In this document: piece by piece, positions 47,544 through 58,192 of the stretch
Layout of the letters: each line of letters begins with the position of its first letter
Numbering within the stretch: position 1 is the stretch's first letter
From: an uncultured Clostridia bacterium
Lineage (GTDB): Bacteria; Bacillota; Clostridia; Christensenellales; UBA1242
DNA: 64,000 bases
Assembly: GCA_944350085.1 (NCBI GenBank)
Contig: CALVNY010000013.1
Span: 2,812-66,811, forward strand
Direction of reading: 5' to 3'
The notes under the pieces: generated by a model
What the model saw: the letters and a program-made list of their open reading frames with translations, nothing else
What the model was told of the DNA's origin: nothing
Databases searched by the model: none
Program-made: the position numbers and the translations under genes

Positions 47544-47559
47544 GTACGACATATCGTAC
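47544..47559. promoter_or_regulatory. operator-like palindrome 2
   Basis: GTACGA-CATA-TCGTAC, a perfect 6-4-6 dyad lying 10 nt upstream of TATAAT (47570-75). Confidence 0.5.
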
Positions 47560-47601
47560 ATTTAATTGCTATAATATTTTTTATGTGATAATATATTGTA
47601 T

Positions 47602-47814
47602 ATGGATAGGTGTTATTTGAAAAACAAACATTTTACAAATGTATTTAACAAGTTGATTAAAGAACAAGATATTGACAAAGAAATATTTTGTGAAGTTTTG
47701 CGAGTTTCGCCTAGCAGATTTAATGCGTGGGCAAATGGCGATTTTCCTAGCAAAAAAAATTTAATAAATATTTGTAAAATTTTAAAAATTGACCCCAACC
47801 AATTTTTGAAATAA
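47602..47814 (+). CDS. XRE-family helix-turn-helix regulator (about 70 aa)
   Basis: HTH: IDKEIFCEVLRVSPSRFNAWANGD. Start is uncertain (TTG 47596, ATG 47602 or TTG 47617). Confidence 0.6.
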   Translation: MDRCYLKNKHFTNVFNKLIKEQDIDKEIFCEVLRVSPSRFNAWANGDFPSKKNLINICKILKIDPNQFLK

Positions 47815-47904
47815 AAAACTCCAATATTTTGGAGTTTTTTTAATGTGTAAAATAATATTTTAAACAATTAAACTATAATTTTAAATGTTTTTAAGTTTAA
47901 TAGA

Positions 47905-49656
47905 TTAATTGTTATCAGTTGTGTTTGCAAATTGGCTATTATATAAGTTTGCATAAAATCCGCCTTTTGCCATTAGTTCGTTATGAGTTCCTTTTTCAAT
48001 TATGTTTCCTTTGTTCATAACTAAAATCAAGTCGGCATTTTTAATTGTTGAAAGCCTATGTGCAACAATAAAACTTGTTCTGTCTTCCATCATAATATCA
48101 AATGCTTGTTGAATTTTAATCTCGGTTCGGGTGTCTATGTTGCTAGTTGCTTCATCTAGTATTAACATAGGTGGTTTTATTAGCATAATTCTTGCAATAC
48201 ATATCAACTGTTTTTGACCTTGAGAAATATTGCTTCCACCTTCATTAATTAAGGTGTCATAGCCTTTTGGTAATTTTTCTATAAATTCATGTGCACCAGA
48301 TAGTTTAGCAGCAGTAACAATTTCGTCCATAGTTGCGTTTGGTTTGCCGTAGGCAATATTTTCTTTTACAGTTGCATTAAACATCCAACTTTCTTGCAAA
48401 ACCATTCCATATTTGCTTCGTAAACTGCTTCTTTTTACTTTTGAAATATCTGTGTCACCAAGATAAATTGCACCATCTGTTAAATCGTAAAATCTCATAA
48501 GCAAATTTATAAATGTTGTTTTTCCGCATCCAGTAGGTCCAACCAAGGCAATTTTTTGACCGGGCTTTATGTCCAAATTTAAGTCTTGCAACAATTTTTG
48601 CTTTGGAACATAACTAAAATATGCGTGTTCAACTTTAACACTTCCATCAACATAACCTAATTCTGGAAGTTCTAAATCGCTTGGTTCATCTTTAGCATCA
48701 AGCACTGCAAAAATTCTTTCAGCACTTGCAAATGCTGCTTGGATTTCGGCTACTTCGTTTGACAATTCGTTAAATGGTTTTCCAAAACTATTTGCATAAC
48801 TTAAAAATGTTGAAATTCTACCAACTGAAATTTTATTTGAAATTGCAAGTATAGCGCCTGTTACACCAACAGCAATGTAAACCATACTATTTATAAATCT
48901 TGTTATTGGCCCACTGGTGCTAGCATAATAATCAGCCTTTTCGCCAACCTTGTAATTTTTTATGTTTATATCTTCAAAATTTTGAATTGAATTTTCTTCG
49001 TGATTAAATGCTTTAACAATTCTTTGTCCACCAATAAGTTCTTCTAAGTATCCTGTCATGTCGCCCCTTGTTTTAGCATGTGCACGGAACATTTTTTCTG
49101 ATTTTTTTGCAATATAGTAGGAAATAAGTAAAGATATTGGAGTTAACAAAATAATAATTAAAGCAATAGTTGTGTTTAATGAAATCATAAAAATAAGTGT
49201 TCCAAGAATAGTTATAACTCCATTAAATATTGTGCTTATTCCTTGTAAAAATCCGTCAGTCATAACTTCTGTGTCGTTTACGACTCTTGAAAGTAAGTCG
49301 CCATGAGTGTTGCTATCCACATATCTAATAGGAACTGTTTGAATTTTGTCAAAAAATTTTTTTCTTATGATTTCTAGTGACTTGTACATATATAAACTTG
49401 TTAAGTAATTAAAAAGCCAAGTGAAAAGGGAAGTAAGTCCTACAACTGCTAATAATATTAGGCTATACTTAATTAAACTTTGAAAATCAACTTGGTCCAC
49501 TCCAATGATAAAATCAATGCAGTTACCAGAAATTACAGGAACTAAAAGTTCGCCAATGGTGCTTAGAATTATAAACAACAATGCCAACCAAAGCCAAAAG
49601 GAACAAGATTTTGTGTGCTTAAAGCATTTTTTAAGTATTTTTAAATATCCTTTCAT
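47905..49656 (-). CDS. ABC exporter, fused permease-ATPase (MDR-type half transporter)
   Basis: 6-TM domain. Walker A GPTGCGKTT, signature ISQGQKQ, Walker B LILDEATS. ATG at 49656 directly follows the upstream gene. Confidence 0.85.
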   Translation of the reverse strand: MKGYLKILKKCFKHTKSCSFWLWLALLFIILSTIGELLVPVISGNCIDFIIGVDQVDFQSLIKYSLILLAVVGLTSLFTWLFNYLTSLYMYKSLEIIRKKFFDKIQTVPIRYVDSNTHGDLLSRVVNDTEVMTDGFLQGISTIFNGVITILGTLIFMISLNTTIALIIILLTPISLLISYYIAKKSEKMFRAHAKTRGDMTGYLEELIGGQRIVKAFNHEENSIQNFEDINIKNYKVGEKADYYASTSGPITRFINSMVYIAVGVTGAILAISNKISVGRISTFLSYANSFGKPFNELSNEVAEIQAAFASAERIFAVLDAKDEPSDLELPELGYVDGSVKVEHAYFSYVPKQKLLQDLNLDIKPGQKIALVGPTGCGKTTFINLLMRFYDLTDGAIYLGDTDISKVKRSSLRSKYGMVLQESWMFNATVKENIAYGKPNATMDEIVTAAKLSGAHEFIEKLPKGYDTLINEGGSNISQGQKQLICIARIMLIKPPMLILDEATSNIDTRTEIKIQQAFDIMMEDRTSFIVAHRLSTIKNADLILVMNKGNIIEKGTHNELMAKGGFYANLYNSQFANTTDNN

Positions 49657-49657
49657 G

Positions 49658-51385
49658 CTACTTAACCCCCTTTTTATTTTGAGAGTTATAGATTTCTTTA
49701 TACACTTCGCATCGTTCAAGCAAAACATCATGTTTTGCAATGTCTACCACTTTTCCGTTGTCCATAACAATAATATTGTCGGCGTGCTTTAAAGTGTTTG
49801 CTCTTTGGCTAACCAAAAAGATTGTTGTGTCTTTAAGGCTTGTTCTAATTGCTTTTCTTAAATTAAAGTCAGTTTGAAAATCAAGGGCTGATGAACTATC
49901 ATCTAAAATTAAAATTCTTGGGCTTCCAACAAGAGCACGAGCAATACACAATCTTTGTTTTTGTCCACCAGAAAAATTTGAACCATTACGCAACACCTTT
50001 GTTTTTAAAAAATCAGGTTTTTCTCTAACAAATTCATACGCTTGTGCAATTTTTAATGCAAAAATCAAATCATCTTCTGTGGCAAATTCGTTTCTCCAAC
50101 GCAAATTTTCTTCTAATGTTCCTTCAAACAAAACATTGTTTTGTGGAACAACACTAACAAATCTACGAAGTTCTTTTAAATCATATTTTTTAACATTTTC
50201 GCCATTAATTAAAACTTCGCCTTTTGTTGCGTCATAAAATCTAGGAATTAGATTTACAATGCTACTTTTTCCGCTTCCTGTTCCACCGATTATTCCAATC
50301 ACTTGACCACTTTCAACTTTCAAATTTAAGTTTTCAACTGCATTTTTGGAATTGTTGTATGAAAAATAAACATTTTTAAATTCAACCGTGTTAGGCATAT
50401 TTAATTGGTCAATATGTTTTGGATTTTCTGGGCTAAATATGGTGTTTTTAGTGTTAAAAACTTCGGCAACTCTTTTTATGCTAGAATTGGTTCTGGTGTA
50501 TGCAACAATAATTCTTGCAACAATTACTAGTGCCATTGATATTTGAGAGAAGTAGTTAATAAATGCAATTAAATCTGCTTGGTCAACATCACCAATATTA
50601 ACTTGAATTCCACCAAAGTACATAATTGCAACAACTGCAAAGTTTATTACTAAAAATAACAATGGTTGCAATGCGCTTGAAATTTTAATTGTTTTTACGT
50701 TAATGTCTGTTAATTCTTTGTTTGATGCTACAAATCTAGCAGTTTCATTTGGTTGTTTGTTAAATGCTCTAACAACTCTTATTCCACCAAGATTGTCTCG
50801 AGTAACACTTGTTACTTTGTCGAGTTTAACTTTTGTTTGATCAAATAGTGGACTTGTTTTTTTCATTATTAAAAATATAATTAAAACAATAATTGGCAAA
50901 GCCACTATAAAAACTATGGAAAGTTTTGGATCAATAATTAAAGACATAACTATTGAGCCAATTAATAAAATTGGCGCACGAGTTATTAATCTAATAGTCA
51001 TACCAATAGCAGTTTCTATTTGGCTAACATCATGTACAGAACGATTAATAAGAGTTGTTGTGTCAAACTTGTCTAATTCGGCATGGCTTAAAGTGTTGAT
51101 GTGTGTAAACATATTTTTTCTAATGGTTTTTCCAACACCTTTGCTTGCGATTGCGGCTAATTTTTGTGCAATAAGTGCAAACAAAACAGCAACAGAGTTT
51201 ATTACAATAAGCAAAATTGTCATTTTTATAATGTAAGGTTTGTCTGCATTATTGATTCCAATTTTAATTATTTTTGTCATTAAATATGGTGTAACAATTT
51301 CGCTTGCAACTTCTAATCCTTTAAAAAACAAGCCTAAAATTATGTGCACTGAATATGGTTTTAAATAATTTTTTAGTTTAAACAT
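49658..51385 (-). CDS. ABC exporter, fused permease-ATPase (partner half transporter)
   Basis: GGTGSGKSS, FSGGQKQR, and LILDDSSSALD motifs. Confidence 0.85.
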   Translation of the reverse strand: MFKLKNYLKPYSVHIILGLFFKGLEVASEIVTPYLMTKIIKIGINNADKPYIIKMTILLIVINSVAVLFALIAQKLAAIASKGVGKTIRKNMFTHINTLSHAELDKFDTTTLINRSVHDVSQIETAIGMTIRLITRAPILLIGSIVMSLIIDPKLSIVFIVALPIIVLIIFLIMKKTSPLFDQTKVKLDKVTSVTRDNLGGIRVVRAFNKQPNETARFVASNKELTDINVKTIKISSALQPLLFLVINFAVVAIMYFGGIQVNIGDVDQADLIAFINYFSQISMALVIVARIIVAYTRTNSSIKRVAEVFNTKNTIFSPENPKHIDQLNMPNTVEFKNVYFSYNNSKNAVENLNLKVESGQVIGIIGGTGSGKSSIVNLIPRFYDATKGEVLINGENVKKYDLKELRRFVSVVPQNNVLFEGTLEENLRWRNEFATEDDLIFALKIAQAYEFVREKPDFLKTKVLRNGSNFSGGQKQRLCIARALVGSPRILILDDSSSALDFQTDFNLRKAIRTSLKDTTIFLVSQRANTLKHADNIIVMDNGKVVDIAKHDVLLERCEVYKEIYNSQNKKGVK

Positions 51386-51474
51386 TTTTTATCCTTAAAT
51401 TTTAAATATAATTTATTATAACACAAATAATCTAAGTGTAAATTAAAAACAATATTAATAATAATTTTTAACTA

Positions 51475-51511
51475 TTGTAAGTTAATATAATCTACTTGTA
51501 TTAACTTACAA
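51475..51511. promoter_or_regulatory. 13-bp-arm perfect inverted repeat upstream of the minus-strand ABC operon
   Basis: TTGTAAGTTAATA, an 11-nt spacer, then TATTAACTTACAA. Confidence 0.45.
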
Positions 51512-51723
51512 TTTTATAATACATAATATAAACTATGTGATGTTAAAATTTTATTAGCATAAAATTTTGATAAATTCTATCGAATTTGTGTGCTAACGCA
51601 CACTCATCACTTAGTATGTATAAACATCAGCCTCACCCTTGCAAGCAAGTTCGGCTTCCGATAATATAAAATTTTTAATACAATTAATTATTTATTTTTT
51701 TACTTATTTTGCAAATTAAATTG

Positions 51724-51752
51724 TTGACAATTCAACTATTTTTGATTAAAAT
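51724..51752 (+). promoter_or_regulatory. sigma-A type promoter for the MacB-like ABC gene
   Basis: TTGACA (51724-29), a 17-nt spacer, then TAAAAT (51747-52). Confidence 0.55.
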
Positions 51753-51867
51753 CGTGTAGTATATTTCATATATATTTTTTACCAACAAAAAGATATATTA
51801 AAAAATAAGCGATCAAAGATTTTAATTTTTTAATAAAATATATTGCGTTTATAAAAGGGGAAATATA

Positions 51868-54486
51868 GTGATTGAATTAAAAGACATAGTTAAAATATAT
51901 GGAGATGGCGAAAATAAAGTTGAAGCACTTAAAGGGGTTTCAATAAACTTTAGAGAGCACGAACTAGTTTCTATTTTGGGGCCTAGTGGGTGTGGAAAAA
52001 CAACTCTACTAAATATACTTGGTGGATTAGACAAATATTCAAATGGTGATTTAATTATAAATGGAAAATCAACTAAGCAATTTAAAAGTGGAGATTGGGA
52101 CACATATAGAAACCAAAGAGTTGGTTTTGTTTTTCAAAACTACAACTTAATTCCACATTTAAGCGTTTTAAGAAATGTTGAATTGTCTTTAACGCTAGCA
52201 GGTGTTACAAGTTCTGAAAGGCGTGCTAGGTCATTAAAAGCGTTGGAAGTTGTGGGGCTTAGTGACCAAGTAAAAAAACGACCAAACCAATTAAGTGGTG
52301 GACAAATGCAAAGAGTTGCCATTGCAAGGGCTATTGTAAATAATCCAGACATTATTTTGGCAGATGAGCCAACAGGGGCACTAGATAGTGTTACAAGTGT
52401 TCAAGTTATGGATATATTGCAAAACTTGGCAAAAGAAAGGCTAGTTGTTATGGTTACACACAACAAAGAATTGGCAAGCACTTATAGCACAAGAATTATT
52501 GAATTTTTAGATGGCAAAGTTATAAATGATTCTAAGCCATTTAAACCTACACATATAAAAGATGATGCTGAAATTAAAGAAAAAACAGATTTAATTAAAC
52601 AAGCAGTTGTTTATGATTTGGAAAATGATATTGATAACAATAATCAAGATATTGTCAACAACACTACTAATATTGACAAAAATAGTAATAATAAAAAAAG
52701 AAAATCAAAAAAATCTGCAATGTCGTTTTTCACTGCGTTTAATTTAAGTTTAAAAAATTTATTTACAAAAAAAGCAAGGACAATTCTTACTAGTTTTGCA
52801 GGTTCAATAGGAATTATTGGTGTTGCATTGGTGTTGGCAGTTTCAAACGGGTTTACAAAATATATTAATAAAATGCAATCAGACACGCTTAGTGGTTATC
52901 CAATTTCAATAACAACCATAACGGCAGATTTAAATTCAATTTCAAATGCTTTTTCTGGAGGTGGACAAAATAAGCTAGAAAAATTTCCAGATGAAGATGA
53001 AATTTATATTTACGACAACACGGCAAATTGGGCTGGCCTTAGTAAATATAATTTTATAAGTCCAGAATTTATTGATTACATAAAAGAGTTTGAAAATGGC
53101 GATGGGCAAAACTATTTAAATGATGTTTCATATTCCTATGCTTCTCCATTTACAGTAATTGGCAAGCAGGGTTCAACTTACAAAAAGATTAACACAGAAT
53201 TGTCGTCTAGTGTTATTGGAGCTTCTTCTTCTGGAATATTTTATGAAGGATTGCCAAGTGAAGAATTTGTTAAAAGTCAGTATGATGTAATTTACGGGGC
53301 TTATCCAAAAGAAGCAAACGAACTTGCGTTGGTAATTAGTTCAACTAACACCTTGTCAAAATCATTGCTTGATAGTTTAGCAATTGAATACACAGTAAAT
53401 GATGATGCTTCATTTGAAAACATAAAATTTGAAGACTTAGTTACAACAAGCACTCATCAAGGCAAAGAATATAAATTAATATATAATGACTATTATTATA
53501 TTCCAACATTTGATAGTGATGGCTCAACCATTACAGGTTTTACAAAAAATCAAGACCTTGAAGCAATGTACAATTATGATGAGTCAAAATCATTAACTTT
53601 AAAAATAACAGGCATTTTAAGGGTTAATCCTGATAGCCCACTTTCAATTTATAGTCAAGGAATAGTTTACACTCCAAAACTTACTGAACTTTTTAAACAA
53701 AATGCGTTGCAATCTCAAATTGTTAAAATGCAAAAACAAAATTTAACTAGTTTTTATTTTCCTTATGTTTTAAATGTTGCTGAGTTGGGGGATAGATTTA
53801 AAGACGGGTTTTCAACTCCACAAGAATTGCAGTTGTTTGCAAAAATCAATTACGGCGTGGATATTAGTGTGGAAAATGCAATTGAATATAATTTACAACA
53901 ATATGGCGCAAGTTCTATTCCTAATTCAATTTGTTTATATCCAAAAGATTTTGAATCAAAAGACAAAATAACTTCATATATAGATGCGTGGAACAATGAT
54001 GAAGAGCATTCAAACAATAAAATTTACTATGCAGATGCAACATCTCTTTTAAGTAACACATTGGGTCAGTTAGTAAATATAATTAGTTATGTGTTAATTG
54101 CGTTTGCAAGCATTAGTTTGGTGGTTTCATCAATTATGATAGGGATAATAACTTATGTTTCGGTTGTTGAAAGAACAAAAGAAATTGGTGTGCTTAGAGC
54201 ACTTGGGGCAAGAAAGAAGGATATAAGAAGAGTGTTTAATGCTGAAACATTAATAATTGGTTTTAGTGCAGGACTAATTGGTGTTCTAGCATCGGCACTT
54301 TTAACAATTCCAATAAATTTAATTATTAATAGTTTGTCGCAAGGAATTGGAAATATTGCAATATTAAATATTTGGCACGCAGTTGCGCTTGTGTTAATTT
54401 CAATGGGTTTAACATTAATTTCTGGATTAATTCCTGCTCATATTGCAAGCAAAAAAGACCCTGTTGTGGCACTACGAACAGAATAA
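51868..54486 (+). CDS. fused ABC ATPase + FtsX/MacB-type permease
   Basis: GTG start with an [26 protein letters not shown], and [11 protein letters not shown], then a large extracytoplasmic region and the C-terminal FtsX motif [14 protein letters not shown]. Confidence 0.85.
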   Translation: MIELKDIVKIYGDGENKVEALKGVSINFREHELVSILGPSGCGKTTLLNILGGLDKYSNGDLIINGKSTKQFKSGDWDTYRNQRVGFVFQNYNLIPHLSVLRNVELSLTLAGVTSSERRARSLKALEVVGLSDQVKKRPNQLSGGQMQRVAIARAIVNNPDIILADEPTGALDSVTSVQVMDILQNLAKERLVVMVTHNKELASTYSTRIIEFLDGKVINDSKPFKPTHIKDDAEIKEKTDLIKQAVVYDLENDIDNNNQDIVNNTTNIDKNSNNKKRKSKKSAMSFFTAFNLSLKNLFTKKARTILTSFAGSIGIIGVALVLAVSNGFTKYINKMQSDTLSGYPISITTITADLNSISNAFSGGGQNKLEKFPDEDEIYIYDNTANWAGLSKYNFISPEFIDYIKEFENGDGQNYLNDVSYSYASPFTVIGKQGSTYKKINTELSSSVIGASSSGIFYEGLPSEEFVKSQYDVIYGAYPKEANELALVISSTNTLSKSLLDSLAIEYTVNDDASFENIKFEDLVTTSTHQGKEYKLIYNDYYYIPTFDSDGSTITGFTKNQDLEAMYNYDESKSLTLKITGILRVNPDSPLSIYSQGIVYTPKLTELFKQNALQSQIVKMQKQNLTSFYFPYVLNVAELGDRFKDGFSTPQELQLFAKINYGVDISVENAIEYNLQQYGASSIPNSICLYPKDFESKDKITSYIDAWNNDEEHSNNKIYYADATSLLSNTLGQLVNIISYVLIAFASISLVVSSIMIGIITYVSVVERTKEIGVLRALGARKKDIRRVFNAETLIIGFSAGLIGVLASALLTIPINLIINSLSQGIGNIAILNIWHAVALVLISMGLTLISGLIPAHIASKKDPVVALRTE

Positions 54487-54635
54487 TATAATTATTAAAT
54501 TGTTATGTTAAAACAATTATTTACTTTTTAGTAAGTTAAAATATGATAAAGTTTATTTCATATTTGTATATTGAATAATTAACCTTAAATTTATATTTGA
54601 TATATTTTAATTTAAAAATAAAAAGGGGGGAAAAC

Positions 54636-56351
54636 ATGTTAAAAAACTTAAAATGGTACGACTATTTTATAATTGCACTTATTTTTGGAATTATTGTTTT
54701 GCAAGTTTATTTTGAAATGGAACTTATTGACTACATGGCAGAATTGATATCAAAAGTACAAAATCGAAATAGTGTTTCGGCGATTTGGCAATCGGGTCAA
54801 AAAATGCTATTAACAGCTTGTGGAAGTATGCTTTGTGTAATAATTTCAAGTATATTATCGGGCGTGTTGTCTGCAAAATTTGCTGAAAGATTAAGACAAA
54901 GTATATTTAAAAAAGTTAATTCCTTCTCGCAGGGGGAAATTAATAAATTTTCAACTGCAAGTTTAATTACTCGTAGCACAAACGATGTAACTCGTGTTCA
55001 AAACACAATGCAGATGGCTTTAAGAATGTTAATTATGGCACCAACAATGGCTATATTTTCCATTGTTAAAATTGTAAATAGCAGTGTTCAATTAACATGG
55101 GCGACTGCAGTTGCAGTAATTTTTATGTTTGCAGCATTTGCATTTTTGTTTATGTTGGTTGTTCCTGCATTTCAAAAAATGCAAAAGAAAACCGACAAGA
55201 TTAACCTTGTTGCAAGAGAAAATTTAACAGGGCTAAGAGTAATAAAAGCATACAACACAGAAGAATTCCAAGAAAATAAATTCAATGTTGTAAATGAAGA
55301 TTTAACAAAAATCAACTACTTTATTGGTAAAGCAATGAGTTTAATGAATCCTATAATGAACATCATTTTTAATGGATTAACATTAACAATTTATTGGTTA
55401 GGAGCATACTTAATAAATTCTTCATTGTTGGCTTATCCGGACCTTGTTGCATTTACGCAGTATGGAATGCATATATTGATGAGTTTTATGTTTTTGTCGG
55501 CTGTAATTATTATGCTTCCAAGAGGAATTGTTAGTGCAAAAAGAATTAATGAAGTTTTAAAAACAAAAACTAAAATTGTTGATGGAACATTTGATGGCAA
55601 CACAGAGTTAAAAGGCAAGTTGGAGTTTAGAAATGTTTCGTTTAGATACCCAGATGCTGAAATGAATGTTTTAGAAAACATAAATTTTGTTGCAAATCCC
55701 GGCGAAACTGTTGCATTTATTGGTTCAACAGGCTCAGGGAAATCGACTTTAATTAATTTAATACCTAGATTTTTTGACGCAACATTTGGTGAAGTTTTAG
55801 TTGATGGAGTTAATGTTAAGGAATACAAAAAGGAAAAATTAAACAAAAAAATAGGTTTTGTTCCGCAAAAAGGAGTTTTGCTTAGTGGAACCGTTGAAGA
55901 AAATGTAAAGTACGGAAATGAAAGTATAACAGAAGAAAAAGTAGAAGAATGTTTAAAAATTGCACAGGCTAGTTTTGTAAAAAGATTAGATGGCGGAATT
56001 AAATATGAAATTGCAAGAGAAGGAAGCAATGTTTCTGGTGGACAAAGACAAAGGCTTTGTATTGCTCGTGCAATTGCTTTGGATCCCGAAATTTATGTGT
56101 TTGATGATAGTTTTTCAGCACTTGATTATAAAACAGACAAGGCTTTAAGGAAAGCACTTGCAAAGCACACAAAAGATGCAACTAAAATAATTGTTGCACA
56201 GCGTGTTGGAACAATTATGGATGCAGACAAAATTATAGTTTTAGACAATGGTAGAATGGTTGGCGAGGGCACACACAAAGAATTACTAAAAAATTGCAAA
56301 GTTTACCAAGAAATAGCATTGTCACAACTATCAAAGGAGGAATTAGAATAA
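54636..56351 (+). CDS. ABC exporter, fused permease-ATPase
   Basis: GGGGGG RBS. GSTGSGKST, VSGGQRQR, and YVFDDSFSALD motifs. Confidence 0.85.
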   Translation: MLKNLKWYDYFIIALIFGIIVLQVYFEMELIDYMAELISKVQNRNSVSAIWQSGQKMLLTACGSMLCVIISSILSGVLSAKFAERLRQSIFKKVNSFSQGEINKFSTASLITRSTNDVTRVQNTMQMALRMLIMAPTMAIFSIVKIVNSSVQLTWATAVAVIFMFAAFAFLFMLVVPAFQKMQKKTDKINLVARENLTGLRVIKAYNTEEFQENKFNVVNEDLTKINYFIGKAMSLMNPIMNIIFNGLTLTIYWLGAYLINSSLLAYPDLVAFTQYGMHILMSFMFLSAVIIMLPRGIVSAKRINEVLKTKTKIVDGTFDGNTELKGKLEFRNVSFRYPDAEMNVLENINFVANPGETVAFIGSTGSGKSTLINLIPRFFDATFGEVLVDGVNVKEYKKEKLNKKIGFVPQKGVLLSGTVEENVKYGNESITEEKVEECLKIAQASFVKRLDGGIKYEIAREGSNVSGGQRQRLCIARAIALDPEIYVFDDSFSALDYKTDKALRKALAKHTKDATKIIVAQRVGTIMDADKIIVLDNGRMVGEGTHKELLKNCKVYQEIALSQLSKEELE

Positions 56352-58180
56352 TGGCAAACAATCACAAAACAAATGTTTCTCCTAAAAAACCAATGGGCAG
56401 AGGCCCAATGGGTATGGGCATGGGTGCAGGTGAAAAACCTAAAAATTTTAAAAAGAGTGTTAAAAATTTGATTGCATCATTTAAAGGACATTATTTTGTT
56501 ATAATTTTGGCACTTGCGTTTGCAGTTGCAAGCACAACCTTTAATATTGTTGCTCCAAACATAATAAAACAAATGGGCGAATTGATTGTAATAGGTGGGC
56601 TAAACATTAACTTGGGCAAAATTTCTTATTATGGAATTATACTTGTTTGTATGTACGGATTAAGTGCAATTTTAAATTATGTTCAAGGAATTATTATGGC
56701 TAGAATTTCTTCTAGAATTTCACAAAAATATAGAAGCGACATAATTAAAAAAATAAACAAATTGCCACTTAAATATTTTGACAACAATAGTTATGGCGAC
56801 ACACTTTCTAGAATAACCAATGATGTTGACACATTGGGGCAAAGTTTAAATGATAGTTTAAGCACAACAATTTCAAGTGTTACAATGATTTTGGGTGCAG
56901 TTATAATGATGTTGGCTAATAGCCCACTTTTAACTCTTGTTATGGTTGTTATGATACCAATTTCAATTGGATTAATTATGTTGATAGTTAAAATGTCACA
57001 AAAATATTTTTTAAAGCAACAACAAGAACTTGGCGAAATTAATGGACAAATTGAAGAAATTTACTCAGCACACACAGTTGTAACAGTGTTTAACGGGCAA
57101 AAGAAAGCACAAGAAAAATTTGACAAAACAAATAACGAGTTATATAAGGCAGGTTACAAAGCACAAATTCTTAGTGGATTAATGCACCCTATAATGAATT
57201 TTATAGGCAATTTAACTTATGTTGCTGTTTGTGTTGTTGGGGCTTATATTGCAATAAAAAACAACAACCCTGTGTTTGCAGTAACAATAGTTACATTTAT
57301 TACCTATATGAGAACATTCAACAACCAAATAGGGAACATTGCTAATATTTCTAGCACCCTACAATCAACAGTTGCGGCAGGGGAAAGAATTTTTGAATTT
57401 TTGGAAGAAGAAGAACAAATTGATGAAGATAAGCCAAAAATGTTAAATAAAGTGGTTGGTAATGTTGAATTTAAAAATGTATGCTTTGGCTACAACAAGG
57501 ATAAAACAATAATTCATAATTTTAGTGCATCTATAAAGGCTGGACAAAAAGTTGCAATAGTTGGGCCAACAGGAGCAGGAAAAACAACTTTGGTTAATCT
57601 ACTTATGCGTTTTTATGACATTGACAGCGGGGATATTTTAATTGATGGCGTTTCAATAAAAGATATGAGTAGAAAGGAAGTTAGAAGTTTGTTTGGAATG
57701 GTGTTGCAAGATACTTGGCTTTTTGAGGGCACTATTAGAGAAAACATTTCCTATGGAACAACAGGTTTAACAAATGAGCAAATAGAATCTGCTTGCAGTT
57801 TTGCACATATTGACCATTTTATTAGGTCGCTTCCAAATGGGTACGAAATGATTATAGATGAAAAGGCAAATATTAGTCAGGGTCAAAAGCAGTTACTAAC
57901 TATTGCTCGTGCTATGGTCCAAAATAGTCCAATGTTAATTTTAGATGAGGCAACAAGTTCGGTTGACACCAGAACTGAAATTCAAATTCAAGAAGCAATG
58001 GATAAATTAATGGCAAATAGAACAAGTTTTGTTATTGCTCATAGGCTTTCCACAATTAAAAATGCCGATTTAATTTTATTATTAAGAAATGGAAACATTG
58101 TTGAACAAGGCACTCATGAAGAATTGTTAAAACTAAATGGTTATTATAGTGAACTTTATAATAGTCAATTTGATGAATAA
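56351..58180 (+). CDS. ABC exporter, fused permease-ATPase (partner)
   Basis: GGAGG RBS; the ATG shares one base with the upstream TAA. GPTGAGKTT, ISQGQKQ, and LILDEATSSVD motifs. Confidence 0.85.
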   Translation: MANNHKTNVSPKKPMGRGPMGMGMGAGEKPKNFKKSVKNLIASFKGHYFVIILALAFAVASTTFNIVAPNIIKQMGELIVIGGLNINLGKISYYGIILVCMYGLSAILNYVQGIIMARISSRISQKYRSDIIKKINKLPLKYFDNNSYGDTLSRITNDVDTLGQSLNDSLSTTISSVTMILGAVIMMLANSPLLTLVMVVMIPISIGLIMLIVKMSQKYFLKQQQELGEINGQIEEIYSAHTVVTVFNGQKKAQEKFDKTNNELYKAGYKAQILSGLMHPIMNFIGNLTYVAVCVVGAYIAIKNNNPVFAVTIVTFITYMRTFNNQIGNIANISSTLQSTVAAGERIFEFLEEEEQIDEDKPKMLNKVVGNVEFKNVCFGYNKDKTIIHNFSASIKAGQKVAIVGPTGAGKTTLVNLLMRFYDIDSGDILIDGVSIKDMSRKEVRSLFGMVLQDTWLFEGTIRENISYGTTGLTNEQIESACSFAHIDHFIRSLPNGYEMIIDEKANISQGQKQLLTIARAMVQNSPMLILDEATSSVDTRTEIQIQEAMDKLMANRTSFVIAHRLSTIKNADLILLLRNGNIVEQGTHEELLKLNGYYSELYNSQFDE

Positions 58181-58192
58181 TAAGGAGAAAAA

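Noticed and set aside
55433-56029. 198-aa minus-strand ORF
   Set aside because: It is antisense to the nucleotide-binding domain of the ABC exporter (whose Walker A and signature motifs are on the + strand). It has no RBS and a shadow-ORF composition.
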